DNA of 64,000 nucleotides, taken from contig CAVOVB010000001.1 of the NCBI GenBank assembly GCA_963699755.1, forward strand, positions 1,568,001 to 1,632,000, in the 5' to 3' direction. Of this stretch, positions 8,791 through 18,829 are shown piece after piece; positions within the stretch are counted from its first letter, which is position 1; every line of letters starts with the position of its first letter. The notes beneath the pieces were generated by a model. It was given only the letters and a program-made list of their open reading frames with translations. It was not told the origin of the DNA and ran no database searches. The position numbers were made by a program, and so were the translations under genes. Origin of the DNA: an uncultured delta proteobacterium. GTDB taxonomy: Bacteria > Myxococcota_A > Polyangia > Polyangiales > Houyiibacteriaceae.

Positions 8791-10155
8791 ATGAACCGAA
8801 CCCTAGCAGGATTGCGGTGCCTCGCCGTCGCCGTTGTGGTCACGTTTGCTGGCGCCTGGACCGCCGCGCGCGCTTGTCCACCGCAAGCTCCCACCAGCGT
8901 CCCCTGTAGCGAGACACAGAGCCTGCTTCGCGATCCGCCACGAATCATCGGCGACGCCTGGCGCAACGGGCGAGCCGAGGTCGACGTAGGGCAGGGGATG
9001 CTCGGCCAGGTCTCACCTGAAGCGATCGACTGGCTTGCACAGCACGGCATCCAGCCTTTCGGCTGGTATATGATCGCCTTGCAGGGCAATCCACTGGGCG
9101 GTCAAGCGCAGGCGTTTCGCTATACGGGGCTTATGGATTTCGGCATCGACCTCGACATGGAAACCATGGCTCAGATCAAGGGCTTCTGGGTGCACGTTTC
9201 GGGATCATGGACGAGCGGGCTCGACCTGACGCAGGACGTCGGCGCGTTCGCTCCGGTGAACGCCGTGTTCAGCGGCGATACGATTCGACTGTTCGAGATG
9301 TACCTAGAGGAGCGCCTGCTCGGTGACCGACTGTCGATCCGCGTAGGGAGGCTCTCTGTGGGCTGGGAATACGGCCTCGAGTACAACTACTTCACCCAGT
9401 ACTTGAGCGCAGCCTTTCGCTTGAACGTCTTTGCGCTCGATCCGGCCACCGTGAACTTCACTGTCATCCCGTTTGCGAACTGGGGCGTTCGCCTGCGCTG
9501 GACCCCCAACGAAAACTGGCGCCTGCAGGCGTCCTGGATGAACGGCTTCCCGAGGGATTTCACCGACGACGACAAGCATGGCGTCGACTTCACGTTCAAG
9601 CCGAGGCAAGGGTCGTTCTTCATTGTCGAGGCAAGCTACCAGTGGGTTCCCACGACTGCGCAGCGCCATCAAAACCCAGACCGACTCCCCGGCCGAATCA
9701 CGTTCGGTGGCTTCTACGACACCGGTTCATTCGAGACGCTCGATGGCTCGGGCAATCAGAACAAGGTGCTCGGAAAGGCCTATTTGATCGTACGCCAGAA
9801 GCTCTGGGAGCCGACGTTCGCCGACGAACGGGGCATCGACGTCTGGACGGCGGTGACTGTCGGCGGGAAGCAGAGCATCGTCCCTATCACTTACTTTTGG
9901 AGCGGCGGCCTGGTTTGGAAGGGCCCGTTTCGGCGACTCCGCGAAGATGTGCTGGCGCTTGGTTTCGCCAGTGAGTTCTTCAGCGCCGCGCTACTCGACC
10001 AAACGGTCGAGACTGTGGTCGAGGCCGCGTATTCGTTCAACGTGACCAGCTGGCTCACGATCACGCCCGACGTCCAGTACATCATCCGCCCGAGCGGCAT
10101 GCGAAGCATCGAGAACGCTTTGCTGGCCGGGGTGCTGATCTATTTGACGTTCTGA
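8791..10155 (+). CDS. Carbohydrate-selective porin, OprB family
   Basis: Signal peptide; GNPLGG, RLFEMYLEE, ETVVEAAYSF..WLTITPDVQYIIRPSG; C-terminal Phe. Confidence 0.8.
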   Translation: MNRTLAGLRCLAVAVVVTFAGAWTAARACPPQAPTSVPCSETQSLLRDPPRIIGDAWRNGRAEVDVGQGMLGQVSPEAIDWLAQHGIQPFGWYMIALQGNPLGGQAQAFRYTGLMDFGIDLDMETMAQIKGFWVHVSGSWTSGLDLTQDVGAFAPVNAVFSGDTIRLFEMYLEERLLGDRLSIRVGRLSVGWEYGLEYNYFTQYLSAAFRLNVFALDPATVNFTVIPFANWGVRLRWTPNENWRLQASWMNGFPRDFTDDDKHGVDFTFKPRQGSFFIVEASYQWVPTTAQRHQNPDRLPGRITFGGFYDTGSFETLDGSGNQNKVLGKAYLIVRQKLWEPTFADERGIDVWTAVTVGGKQSIVPITYFWSGGLVWKGPFRRLREDVLALGFASEFFSAALLDQTVETVVEAAYSFNVTSWLTITPDVQYIIRPSGMRSIENALLAGVLIYLTF

Positions 10156-10388
10156 CGTGCGTGCCGGGTCACGCGCTCAGTCTGTCCAGCGCTCGGACTC
10201 TGGCTGGTAGTTCAAGTCGATGTACGTCGACACGGGCTGCGAAGTCTGCGTATCGAGCGGCCGCGAGACCACATCGCCGACTCGTTGCTCGATGCACCGG
10301 CGGTCGTTGGCGCAAAGGCCGCGCCCGCCGGCGCCCAACTCGCCGTTCTTCGGTTCCCTGCGGTCACATCCAATTAGGCCACCGTGCC

Positions 10389-11114
10389 TCAGCCCGCGCC
10401 GCCGCCTGCGCCGCCTGCGCCGCCTGCGCCGCCTGCGCCGCCAGCGCCGTCGTCGCAGAGTCCGATGCCCTGGTAGAGCGCGCGGAGTGCTTCTTCTCGC
10501 GTCCGGAGCTCACGCGTATCGGGGAACAGCTGCTGGCTGTTGGCCTCATCGAGCACGGCTTGGAGGTCGGTATCCGTGCTGAACTCCGCCCAGGTCTGAT
10601 CGATGTCGATGCTCACGCCATCGAAGAGGGCCGCTGTCTCGGAGCTGATGTCGATCTCGGTCGTAGGATCTCCGTCCGTGTCCATGGTCTGGAGAAGGAC
10701 TGCGAGGTTGTGGACGATTTGAAAGTCGCCGCCGTCGTCGGGCAGTGTGCCGTCGACGTCACATCCGCCGACCGGCTCTTCCGTGACGCCAGCGATATCA
10801 AAAGGCGTGACTCTGGCTTGGGCAGCGCTTTGTCCAAGTGCGGTGTCGCCGAGGGAGAAGGTCATTGTCGCTTCTGGCATGTAGTAGCTGAAGCGCCCCG
10901 GGTCCCCGTTCTCGCCCGTGACGCCGGTTCGAACGGTGCCGTCTTCGGTCTGAGTCGAGTAGGCCACTCCGGAAACGAGGTTATCGTAGTAGTACCCCGT
11001 GTCGTAGACCGGCACGCAAACGCCGTCGACGCATTCTTCGTCGCAGGCGAGCACTTGGGTGGCTGCGCCCAAGACGCAGAGAAGAAGAAAAGCTCTGTTT
11101 GTGTTGTTCGACAT
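10389..11114 (-). CDS. Acidic surface lipoprotein (adhesin-like domain) with Gly-Ala tail
   Basis: Lipobox VLAC; VSGVAYST, TFSLGDTALG, VTPFDIAG, NLAVLLQTMDTDGDP; (GGA)n C-terminus. Confidence 0.65.
   Translation of the reverse strand: MSNNTNRAFLLLCVLGAATQVLACDEECVDGVCVPVYDTGYYYDNLVSGVAYSTQTEDGTVRTGVTGENGDPGRFSYYMPEATMTFSLGDTALGQSAAQARVTPFDIAGVTEEPVGGCDVDGTLPDDGGDFQIVHNLAVLLQTMDTDGDPTTEIDISSETAALFDGVSIDIDQTWAEFSTDTDLQAVLDEANSQQLFPDTRELRTREEALRALYQGIGLCDDGAGGAGGAGGAGGAGGGAG
10400..10449. repeat. 9-bp tandem repeat (CGCCGCCTG) encoding a GGA linker
   Basis: About 5 consecutive units seen directly. Confidence 0.85.
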
Positions 11115-11309
11115 ATCTCTCCCCAGAAGTAGTGGTCCGGACATCGGAGCCACGTGGCGCGAGATTTATGCCCGCGCATGGTGCTCGTCAAGCGACTTTG
11201 AGGAGGTCGCCGGGGGCTGAACACCCGCGCCAGTGGGGCCGCGTTCGGCGGTCGATTGACCGGCTTGATTCCGTCCTCTACTAGACCGTTCTGAATGAAG
11301 GAGATGCCC

Positions 11310-11528
11310 ATGAATCGAATGTTGGTTGTTGCGGGGTTGTGGCTGTTGGGACTTGCCAGCGCCTGCGGTACGCCGCAGGAAGTCGCTAACATGGAGGCAG
11401 AGGAGGAGATGGAGGAGACCTCGGGTGACGAGCGAATGATGGTCCAGTCCGAAGAGGGAGAGGGCTACTTGATGCCGCCGAACGCCGAAGAGGACATCGA
11501 GATGCAAACCGAGCCGTACCCCGAATAG
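11310..11528 (+). CDS. Small acidic Glu/Met-rich lipoprotein
   Basis: AAGGAG RBS; signal peptide with LASAC lipobox. Confidence 0.65.
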   Translation: MNRMLVVAGLWLLGLASACGTPQEVANMEAEEEMEETSGDERMMVQSEEGEGYLMPPNAEEDIEMQTEPYPE

Positions 11529-11649
11529 GAACGGTTTGGCCGAGCTCGTTGCTGTCGCTTAACCGGTGAGCTTGCTGGTCACTCCGAACCCGCGCCCGCT
11601 GCCCGACTCTCTTAGCCCTCGGCGACTCGACGGCGCGCCCGGCACGTCT

Positions 11650-12750
11650 CTAGCTGCCTTGGCCCAAGTACTGCTTCAAGATTTGCGTCCATTGGTCCGT
11701 CTCCATGAACGCCAAGAGGGCTCTATTCAGCGACTCGCGCAGCTGGCTACCGGGCGGCACGGCCATGCCCATGTAGTGGTGATCGAACGTCCCAGGTAGC
11801 ACTTCCACTCGTCCCAGGAACTCGTTCTTCGCCAGGTACTTCACGACGGGCCCTTGGAAGACAAAGGCGTCCGTTTCCGCGTCTACGAGTGACTTCAAAC
11901 CATCCCGCGGATTCCCGAACGAACGCGCCTGCTTGATTCCCTTTTTCATGAGGTAGGCTTCGGCGCTCGATTCGGCCACGGTGCCGACGCGAGCAGTCGC
12001 CAGATCGTGCATTCCGCGCACCTTGCCGCTCAACTCACCGACGGTCAGCGAGCTAGAGATGGCCGCCGTGAAGCCAGAGATCGAAATGATCGCTGCAAAC
12101 ATCCAAACGACCCCGACGATCCGGCCGCCTGCGGTCTTCGGCGCTAAATCTCCGTAGCCGACTGTGGTCATCGTGACGGCAGCCCACCAGATGCCCTGCG
12201 CAACCCCTTTGGCGGGCCCGCCGCCGAACATTTCGGGGTTCCGGCGGCGTTCGAAAAGCCATACGGCGACACCGGCGATTAGCCACAGAAGGAGCAGCAA
12301 ACCAATGACCTGGAGGAATTCCACGGAGAAAAAACGACGGGCAACACGGAACCAGCCTTGTTGGGCTTTTCGCGCAGGGACCACGATCGCGGCTCCCGAC
12401 ATGTAGTAGGCATCTGAGAAGTCCACCACGACTTCGCGTTCCTCCGTCACCGCGACTAGCGGTGTCAGGTCGAGGTCGCCTTTGACGAAGTCCTCCGTCA
12501 GCGCTTGGACACTGCCATATTCGCGCAGCTCGAAGTCGACACCCATCTCATCGGCAACCTCACGCCAGAGATCGACGGCGATGCCTTCCCAGTGACCATC
12601 GACGGTCTTCATCGCGAAGGGCTCTAAAGCGACCACACCGACCCGCAGTGTCTCCGACTGGATGCCGTCGTCTTGCGCGGATAGTTTGCCGGGCAGCAGC
12701 GCGACGACGCAAAGCGTGATGATTCCTACGACCTTGTGATATTCACCCAT
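11650..12750 (-). CDS. GluR0-like ligand-gated potassium channel (split amino-acid binding domain plus K+ pore)
   Basis: Signal peptide, SBP_bac_3 S1 (GIAVDLW, VTEERE..VDFS), TM1, WWAAVTMTTVGYGD filter, TM2, S2 (YMGMAVP...LNRALL). Confidence 0.88.
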   Translation of the reverse strand: MGEYHKVVGIITLCVVALLPGKLSAQDDGIQSETLRVGVVALEPFAMKTVDGHWEGIAVDLWREVADEMGVDFELREYGSVQALTEDFVKGDLDLTPLVAVTEEREVVVDFSDAYYMSGAAIVVPARKAQQGWFRVARRFFSVEFLQVIGLLLLLWLIAGVAVWLFERRRNPEMFGGGPAKGVAQGIWWAAVTMTTVGYGDLAPKTAGGRIVGVVWMFAAIISISGFTAAISSSLTVGELSGKVRGMHDLATARVGTVAESSAEAYLMKKGIKQARSFGNPRDGLKSLVDAETDAFVFQGPVVKYLAKNEFLGRVEVLPGTFDHHYMGMAVPPGSQLRESLNRALLAFMETDQWTQILKQYLGQGS

Positions 12751-12844
12751 GACCCGACGGCGGTTACCGTGCTGGCCCAGAATGTCAAGATGTCTCGATC
12801 GATGAGCCTACGCACCCCGCGGGCGCTCGCCGACTCGGACGGTG

Positions 12845-14071
12845 TCAATTGATCTTGATGGCGAGGCTGACGACCACTTGATAGTCGTTCTTCTTAGGCA
12901 CGGTCCCGTCCGATCGTGGCTCTGGATCCCGGGTTCGCAGGAATAGGAACGAGTTGACGAAGTTGAACATGTCCGTGATCTCGACGCTCACCTCCGCCGT
13001 CCCTGTGTGGTTCGTCTGTCCGAAGCTCGTGTAGACGAGATTGGTGCGCCAGTCGAAGGTGAGCTCGACGTTGTCGTTCAGAAACTCCAGCTTCCAATGA
13101 GTTCGGAACATGATGAATCCATCGTTCTGCGGGTTGTCGACTCCAGGTACGGTCGAGATCAATCTGAGAAACTGATACCCAAGGCCGCTCTGCATGTCCC
13201 ACTCGAACTGGTTCGTATGTTTTCTTCTCTGCCTGGTCTTCTTGAAGACATAGACCCCGGCCCCCACGCCGGGAGTCGCTCGCAGCTTGATGTTCTGGAA
13301 CGGATCGTGGAGAAGCTGCCCGTCGATCGGAATCAGATAGAAACGGTCCCAGAGGAACAGAGCGGTATCGAGCCCGCCGAGGTGCCGATTGACGTTGAGC
13401 TCACCGTCGGTGTACGCCACGGTTCCATTGTACCTGACCGCTTCGAGCGAGTGGCCATCTTCACGCGCCAGCCTCCATTGCGTCGTGACCGAACCCTGGT
13501 TTGTATTTCCCGCATTGGCAGAGAACCCGAGGCTGAGCATCGTCGACCACCATGTCCGCTCCCGAGGCGGTCCCTCGGAGATCGAGACGAGCTCACTGCG
13601 AGGATGTGTCACGACGCCTTCGTTGGTCTCGACAATGACCAGGTCTTTGGTGATCATGGCCTTGCCCGAGACTGTGGTCTTGTTCTTGAACACGTAGCTC
13701 TTGATCTTGGGAGAATGGACGCCGGCGATGTCCGCCCAACTAAGCGTCAGGCCGTCGAGCTTGTTGCTGTAGAAGTTCACGTTCTTGCCGGCTTCGAGCC
13801 CTTTTGGACGCAGCCAATGTAGGTCGCCCCTCAGCCATTCACCCGTGTTGAGCTCGATCCAGTCGTCGGTATCGCCAAACTCCAGCCTGTAGTCGCTGCT
13901 GAGGCCCTCGGTGACCTGTCGCTCGGCCTGCTTCATGGCGGCCTGGACACTCGTCGGGTCTCCGCCCGGCTGGGCCTCCGCCACACGGGGAAGACAGCAC
14001 GCGCTGAGAGCGACGGCCGCGAGCGCCATGGGTCCGACTCTGCGCTTCGCTGTAGGTCCCGAGTCCTGCAT
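12845..14071 (-). CDS. DUF481-like outer-membrane beta-barrel protein
   Basis: DWIELNTGEWLRG N-domain, GFSANAGNT, HDPFQNIKLR, amphipathic terminal strand. Confidence 0.7.
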   Translation of the reverse strand: MQDSGPTAKRRVGPMALAAVALSACCLPRVAEAQPGGDPTSVQAAMKQAERQVTEGLSSDYRLEFGDTDDWIELNTGEWLRGDLHWLRPKGLEAGKNVNFYSNKLDGLTLSWADIAGVHSPKIKSYVFKNKTTVSGKAMITKDLVIVETNEGVVTHPRSELVSISEGPPRERTWWSTMLSLGFSANAGNTNQGSVTTQWRLAREDGHSLEAVRYNGTVAYTDGELNVNRHLGGLDTALFLWDRFYLIPIDGQLLHDPFQNIKLRATPGVGAGVYVFKKTRQRRKHTNQFEWDMQSGLGYQFLRLISTVPGVDNPQNDGFIMFRTHWKLEFLNDNVELTFDWRTNLVYTSFGQTNHTGTAEVSVEITDMFNFVNSFLFLRTRDPEPRSDGTVPKKNDYQVVVSLAIKIN

Positions 14072-14318
14072 ACGGCCGCGGCATATACGCTGTGCGTTCC
14101 TGCCGGCAACAAGGCTGCGGTGTTTCCAAGAGATCTGATAAAAAAAGATCTGACCCAGGGTGGCGACGGACGAGGACGCGAAACGGGGCGTCCGCGGGTG
14201 TCCCGCGAGTCGGTTGCATGAGCTGCGTCGGCCGGTGGATGCCGACTATCAGCGCTGAGCAGCGATTTCGGCCTCAGCGAACGTACTGCCTCTCCCAAAC
14301 ACCGCACTCCGACCGCAC

Positions 14319-14518
14319 GGCGCCAACAAGTACACGCATACCTTTCCCGGGGGCTGACGCCGCTGGTGAACGACTTCTGGTCCATCACCATGTATACCGA
14401 TGACAATGGCTGGTGGTTCTATCCCAACCCGCTCAACAAGCTCACCGAGAGCATGCGTAATCAACCGAAGTTCAACGACGACGGGTCGCTCACGCTCTAC
14501 TTCCAGCACGAATCGGGA
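14319..14518 (+). pseudogene. DUF1214 (DUF1254-associated) gene fragment
   Basis: Manual translation with one frameshift: GANKYTHTFPG / LTPLVNDFWSITMY...YPNPLNK...PKFNDDGSLTLYFQHES; no start or end. Confidence 0.7.
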
Positions 14519-14630
14519 TTGACCACCTCGTAAGCGACGCAGTCGGGTAAGCCGGCTCCGATTCATGCGCTGCTTACGGATGAAGCGTTTGCCGGACCCG
14601 TCCGCTCGGTGCCTAGCATCGGCTCTCAGC

Positions 14631-15281
14631 TCAATTGGTTTCGCCCGAGGAGAGCCCGCCCGAGCGAGAGCGAAACGGATCGCGGAGGAAATTGTAGAAG
14701 TGGGCGAACGGAATCAGAACGAATACGAGCGTGCCGAGCCTAACGTCGAGCCGCGCGACGAGAACACCGAGGACCATCCCAGCCGCGTGAACGCGGAGCT
14801 CCACCCGCATCCTCCGAGCGAGCATCGCTGTCTGAGAGCTCTTTTGAGTTTCGGGCATAGACGCGATGCGACTCCACATGCGCTCGATCACGAACGTCGC
14901 GAGCACATTGATTAGGGCGAAGTACAGAACCGCCCTCCAGTCAGTGCGCATGATTCCCATGAGCTGGGTGACGAAGGGAAGCAGCGTGATGGGCAAGAGA
15001 AGCAGGAGATTGAGGACGAAGGTTCCCCGGTCGATCTGCTTGAGCCCGGCAGTAAAGAGACTTTGTTGGGACCAATACATCCCCACCAGCCAAAAGGTGA
15101 CGAAGTAGATGAGGAGCTGGTGGAGGAGCTTTTCGCGCTCCATTGCCAGCGCAGATCCAGTCAGAACGGCGTCCGAAGGCATCTCGATCCCGAGGACCAG
15201 CACAGTAATGACAACCGCGAACACGCCGTCGCTGAAGGCAGCCATCCTGTCTATCGGGACGAATCTAGGCAAGGGTTCCAT
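14631..15281 (-). CDS. TMEM175 (DUF1211) family potassium channel
   Basis: RMAAFSDGVFAVVITVLVL signature, YFVTF..V.MYW, LLPFVT; GGAGG RBS. Confidence 0.85.
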   Translation of the reverse strand: MEPLPRFVPIDRMAAFSDGVFAVVITVLVLGIEMPSDAVLTGSALAMEREKLLHQLLIYFVTFWLVGMYWSQQSLFTAGLKQIDRGTFVLNLLLLLPITLLPFVTQLMGIMRTDWRAVLYFALINVLATFVIERMWSRIASMPETQKSSQTAMLARRMRVELRVHAAGMVLGVLVARLDVRLGTLVFVLIPFAHFYNFLRDPFRSRSGGLSSGETN

Positions 15282-15481
15282 GTCCAACCTCCGAAGTAGA
15301 TGCTTGGAGACTTCTTGTAGTTGAAGTCCCGGCGAATGCCAGTCTGAAACGAGATCCGACCTAGGTTGAGAAGCTGTCACCAGCAAGCCGTCGGTTTACC
15401 CATTCGAAACAAAATGGGCCAATCAAAATTGTGGAATCGCGACAAGACAAATTTGTGGATTGAGATACGTTTCGCGCCGAG

Positions 15482-16633
15482 ATGACGACAGCATCGCGAA
15501 TAGCCATCCGTTTATTTCCTGTTTGTCTGGCCTGCGTCATGACTGTGGTCTTGCTGTCGAGTTGTACGAAGGTCGGTCCCAAATCGATCCGCAAGACGCG
15601 CTTCGACTACAACTCGGCCATCATCGATACCCGCAACGAGCAGATGCTCGCGAACCTCGTCCGACTCCGCTATCGCGACACCCCCTATTTCATCGAAGTG
15701 TCGAGCGTCGCGACCCAGTACGTGCTGGGTATTGCAGGCTCGGCATCGGTAGGCGGAATCGGTGGGCCGGACAATAAGGCAGTGGGAGGCGTTGGGGGCG
15801 ACGTGTACTACGAAGACCGACCCACCATCACGTACACGCCGCTTCAAGGCGAAACGTTCGTGAACCGCCTGTTGTCGCCCGTACCGATGGGGGCGATTGT
15901 GCTCCTCAGTCACTCGGGTTGGCGGTTCGAACGTCTCCTGCGCTGCTGTGTCCAACGGATCAACGACGTGTGGAACGCGCCTACTGCGGCTGGGCCGACG
16001 CCTGATCTCGCGCCGGACTTCGAGCGATTCGTCGAAGTTGCAACACTGTTCGACGAAATGAGCCAGGCCGACGCGTTGGATTTGCGTTACCGGCGCCTCG
16101 GTCCCGAAGAGCCCCTCGACACGATCCCGCTCGGGGACCCAGAGACGCCCTTTGTGATGACCCTGGTATTCGGGGACGCTCCCGAGATCGCCGAGCAATC
16201 GAAACGCTTGAAAGAGATTCTGGGTATCCGGTCGGACCTCAACGAGTTCTTCTTGACGACGAACCCGACCTATCGCTCGCCTCGCGAAATCGGCATTTTG
16301 CCGCGCGCGCTCATCGGCGTGATGAGCTATCTCTCGCAGGGCGTCGAGCCGCCCCCGCAGGACGTCGAAGCCGGCAAAGTGACGGTGACCCGATATCGCG
16401 ACGGAACCGAGTTCGAATGGCGAGAGCTGACCGGCGCGGTGTTTCGGGTCGCCTCGAGCGACCAGGTCCCAAACGACGCCTTCGTCCGTGTGGAGTATCG
16501 CGGGACCTGGTTCTACATCGAGGACTCGGACCTCAACTCGAAGTCGACGTTCAACTTGCTCGATCAGCTCTTCCAACTGCAGTCCGGGAACACGAGGAAA
16601 GCCGGGCCTGTGCTCACACTGCCACTCAACTGA
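15482..16633 (+). CDS. Conserved hypothetical lipoprotein
   Basis: Lipobox LSSC; RFDYNSAI...EQMLANLVRLRYRDTP, DRPTITYTPLQG, WFYIEDSDLNSKSTF, PVLTLP. Confidence 0.7.
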   Translation: MTTASRIAIRLFPVCLACVMTVVLLSSCTKVGPKSIRKTRFDYNSAIIDTRNEQMLANLVRLRYRDTPYFIEVSSVATQYVLGIAGSASVGGIGGPDNKAVGGVGGDVYYEDRPTITYTPLQGETFVNRLLSPVPMGAIVLLSHSGWRFERLLRCCVQRINDVWNAPTAAGPTPDLAPDFERFVEVATLFDEMSQADALDLRYRRLGPEEPLDTIPLGDPETPFVMTLVFGDAPEIAEQSKRLKEILGIRSDLNEFFLTTNPTYRSPREIGILPRALIGVMSYLSQGVEPPPQDVEAGKVTVTRYRDGTEFEWRELTGAVFRVASSDQVPNDAFVRVEYRGTWFYIEDSDLNSKSTFNLLDQLFQLQSGNTRKAGPVLTLPLN

Positions 16634-16691
16634 CGAAGCGCCTGGGCCCTTTAGTCTTACCCACTAAGCTAGCGCCACGGAGCAATCTGCA

Positions 16692-18545
16692 ATGACCGAA
16701 CGTCTGCTTTTCACACGACCGTCTTCGCGAATCAGTGTTGTATTCATCCTGGCGGCCCTCACGGTACTGACTCTTCCGCTTGGTGCGGGAGCCGGCGAAA
16801 GCGGCGGCCCTGAAACGCACCCGCTCGAGCCACCCGATGTCTCCTCACCCGAAGCGACGCTGAACACGTTCTTGACCGAGGCCACGGCCGCGATTGAGGC
16901 ATCCTACGAGGGAAAGCGAGAGGCGGTAGGGGCCCACCGCGACCGCCTGTTTCAGACTCTCGAGGTCGACCGACCAAGCAGCGAGCCCGAGCTTCGCGCG
17001 TTGGTCGAGTCTTCACTTTACCTTTTCGAGATTCTCATTCGCATCGACATTCCGGCTCGCAAGGAGATTCCGGGTCCGGACCTCGATCCGGAGCGCATGC
17101 CTGCGTACTGGACGATTCCCCCTACCGAGCTTCGCATCGTGCGGATCGACTCGGCTGTCGGGGCACCGCCGCAGTATCGGTTCTCGGCCGAGACAGTCGC
17201 GCGCCTGCCGGAATTTTTCGAAAGAGCAAAATCGCTGCCCGTCAAGAAACGCTTTGCGAAGTTCGACGGCGTGCAGGAGAAGTATCGCCTTCAGCCAGGA
17301 TTCGCGGCACCGGCGTTTTTTCATCGTGCGGTCGAAGCGCTGCCACCTCGCTGGTTTATGACCTTGGGTGGCGTCCCGCTCTGGAAGTGGAGCGCGCTGA
17401 CCATCCTCGTTCTCATGGGCCTGATCTTCTTCAGCCTGACCTACAGATTGACCGGATTCATCGCCGACCGGGAGCGATCGACCTCGAGCGTGACTGCGCG
17501 GCTCCGCGCGCTTCGCCCCGTCGTCGCCATCGCGTTGATCGCATTCGTACAGCGGGGGGTCGCCGACTGGATCCGTCTCACAGGCGCTGAGCGAGCGGTG
17601 ACCATCGGCCTGCTCTCCGCGCTCGGTCACCTCGCGGCCATCTGGTTGCTGTTCACGGTCGCAAGGCTCGTCGCCGACGCCGTCATTCACGTGCGTGACA
17701 TGAGAGCCTATGCCCTCGATGCCCAACTCGTGCGTCTGATTTCCAAGCTCGGTGCCGTGCTGCTCACGGTCTATGTGCTGATGAGCCTGGCAGAAAGCCT
17801 CGGTGTGCCTGTGGCCCCCATGCTCGCCGGGCTCGGCGTCGGCGGCTTGGCGGTCGCGCTTGCGATACGCCCGACACTGGAGAACGTCATCGGAGGCTTC
17901 ATCCTGTTCGCCGACGCGCCAGTCCGGGTCGGCGAGTTGTGTCGATTTGGTGACACGCTCGGGACGGTCGAGGCGATCGGCCTGCGTTCGGTTCGGGTGC
18001 GCGGACGCGATCGCACGGTGATCACCATCCCGAATGCCGACTTCTCCCAGCTCGAGCTCACGAACTTGTCGCGCCGAGATTCCATCCTGCTACAGACCAC
18101 CCTCCAGCTTCGCTACGAAACCACGCCCGACCAATTGCGACTCGTCCTCGTACGGTTACGCGAGCTCTTGATCCAGCACCCCAAGGTTTTGCGCGATCCG
18201 GCGCGCGTACGATTCGTGGGGTACGGTAGTTCGTCACTCGATGTCGAGGTCTTCGCGTACGTCGCGACTCAGGATCGCAACGAGTTCTTCGCGATCCAAG
18301 AAGACGTGATGCTGCGCATCAAAGACATCGTGGAAGACGCAGGCTGCGGCTTTGCCTTCCCCTCTCAAACCCTCTACCTGACGCAGTCTGAAGACCCCGA
18401 TCCGGAGCTCGCCAAGGCTGCCGAGGCGGAGGTCGCGCGCTGGCGAGACGAAAACCGCCTGCCGTTTCCCGATCATGATGCCGACATCCGCAGCGAGCTC
18501 GCCGACACACTCGACTACCCTCCCAAAGGCTCGGGCACGGAATGA
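16692..18545 (+). CDS. MscS family mechanosensitive channel with large periplasmic domain
   Basis: AGLGVGGLAVALA, PVRVGE.C, GTVEAIGLRS, IPNADFS, FAFPSQT. Confidence 0.92.
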   Translation: MTERLLFTRPSSRISVVFILAALTVLTLPLGAGAGESGGPETHPLEPPDVSSPEATLNTFLTEATAAIEASYEGKREAVGAHRDRLFQTLEVDRPSSEPELRALVESSLYLFEILIRIDIPARKEIPGPDLDPERMPAYWTIPPTELRIVRIDSAVGAPPQYRFSAETVARLPEFFERAKSLPVKKRFAKFDGVQEKYRLQPGFAAPAFFHRAVEALPPRWFMTLGGVPLWKWSALTILVLMGLIFFSLTYRLTGFIADRERSTSSVTARLRALRPVVAIALIAFVQRGVADWIRLTGAERAVTIGLLSALGHLAAIWLLFTVARLVADAVIHVRDMRAYALDAQLVRLISKLGAVLLTVYVLMSLAESLGVPVAPMLAGLGVGGLAVALAIRPTLENVIGGFILFADAPVRVGELCRFGDTLGTVEAIGLRSVRVRGRDRTVITIPNADFSQLELTNLSRRDSILLQTTLQLRYETTPDQLRLVLVRLRELLIQHPKVLRDPARVRFVGYGSSSLDVEVFAYVATQDRNEFFAIQEDVMLRIKDIVEDAGCGFAFPSQTLYLTQSEDPDPELAKAAEAEVARWRDENRLPFPDHDADIRSELADTLDYPPKGSGTE

Positions 18546-18829
18546 AGCGTGCCGTACACGACCTCACCCGGGCTGGCGTCGAGCACGACTCTTGCCGCCT
18601 TTTCCCAACGAGCTCGGCAGTCGCAGCCGCCGACGGATGACGGCCGAACGCCACCTGGGTGGGGTCGTTTCAACTGCAGTCCGGAAACGTGAGCAGTCGC
18701 GGGCCTCTTAGCCCCTGGGGACAATTCTAAGCGCCGAATTGCGCGGTACTCAATGTTGTGTCGATTTGCGGCGCACTCTAGACCGCAGTTGGCTCGCCAA
18801 TCTGCGTCTCCACTCCGTCTCCTCGCATC

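Noticed and set aside
18655..18685. Possible IS91 oriIS-like end (GGGGTCGTTTCAACTGCAGTCC) at the right cargo edge
   Set aside because: Only loose resemblance; lacks the TTCCTAT core
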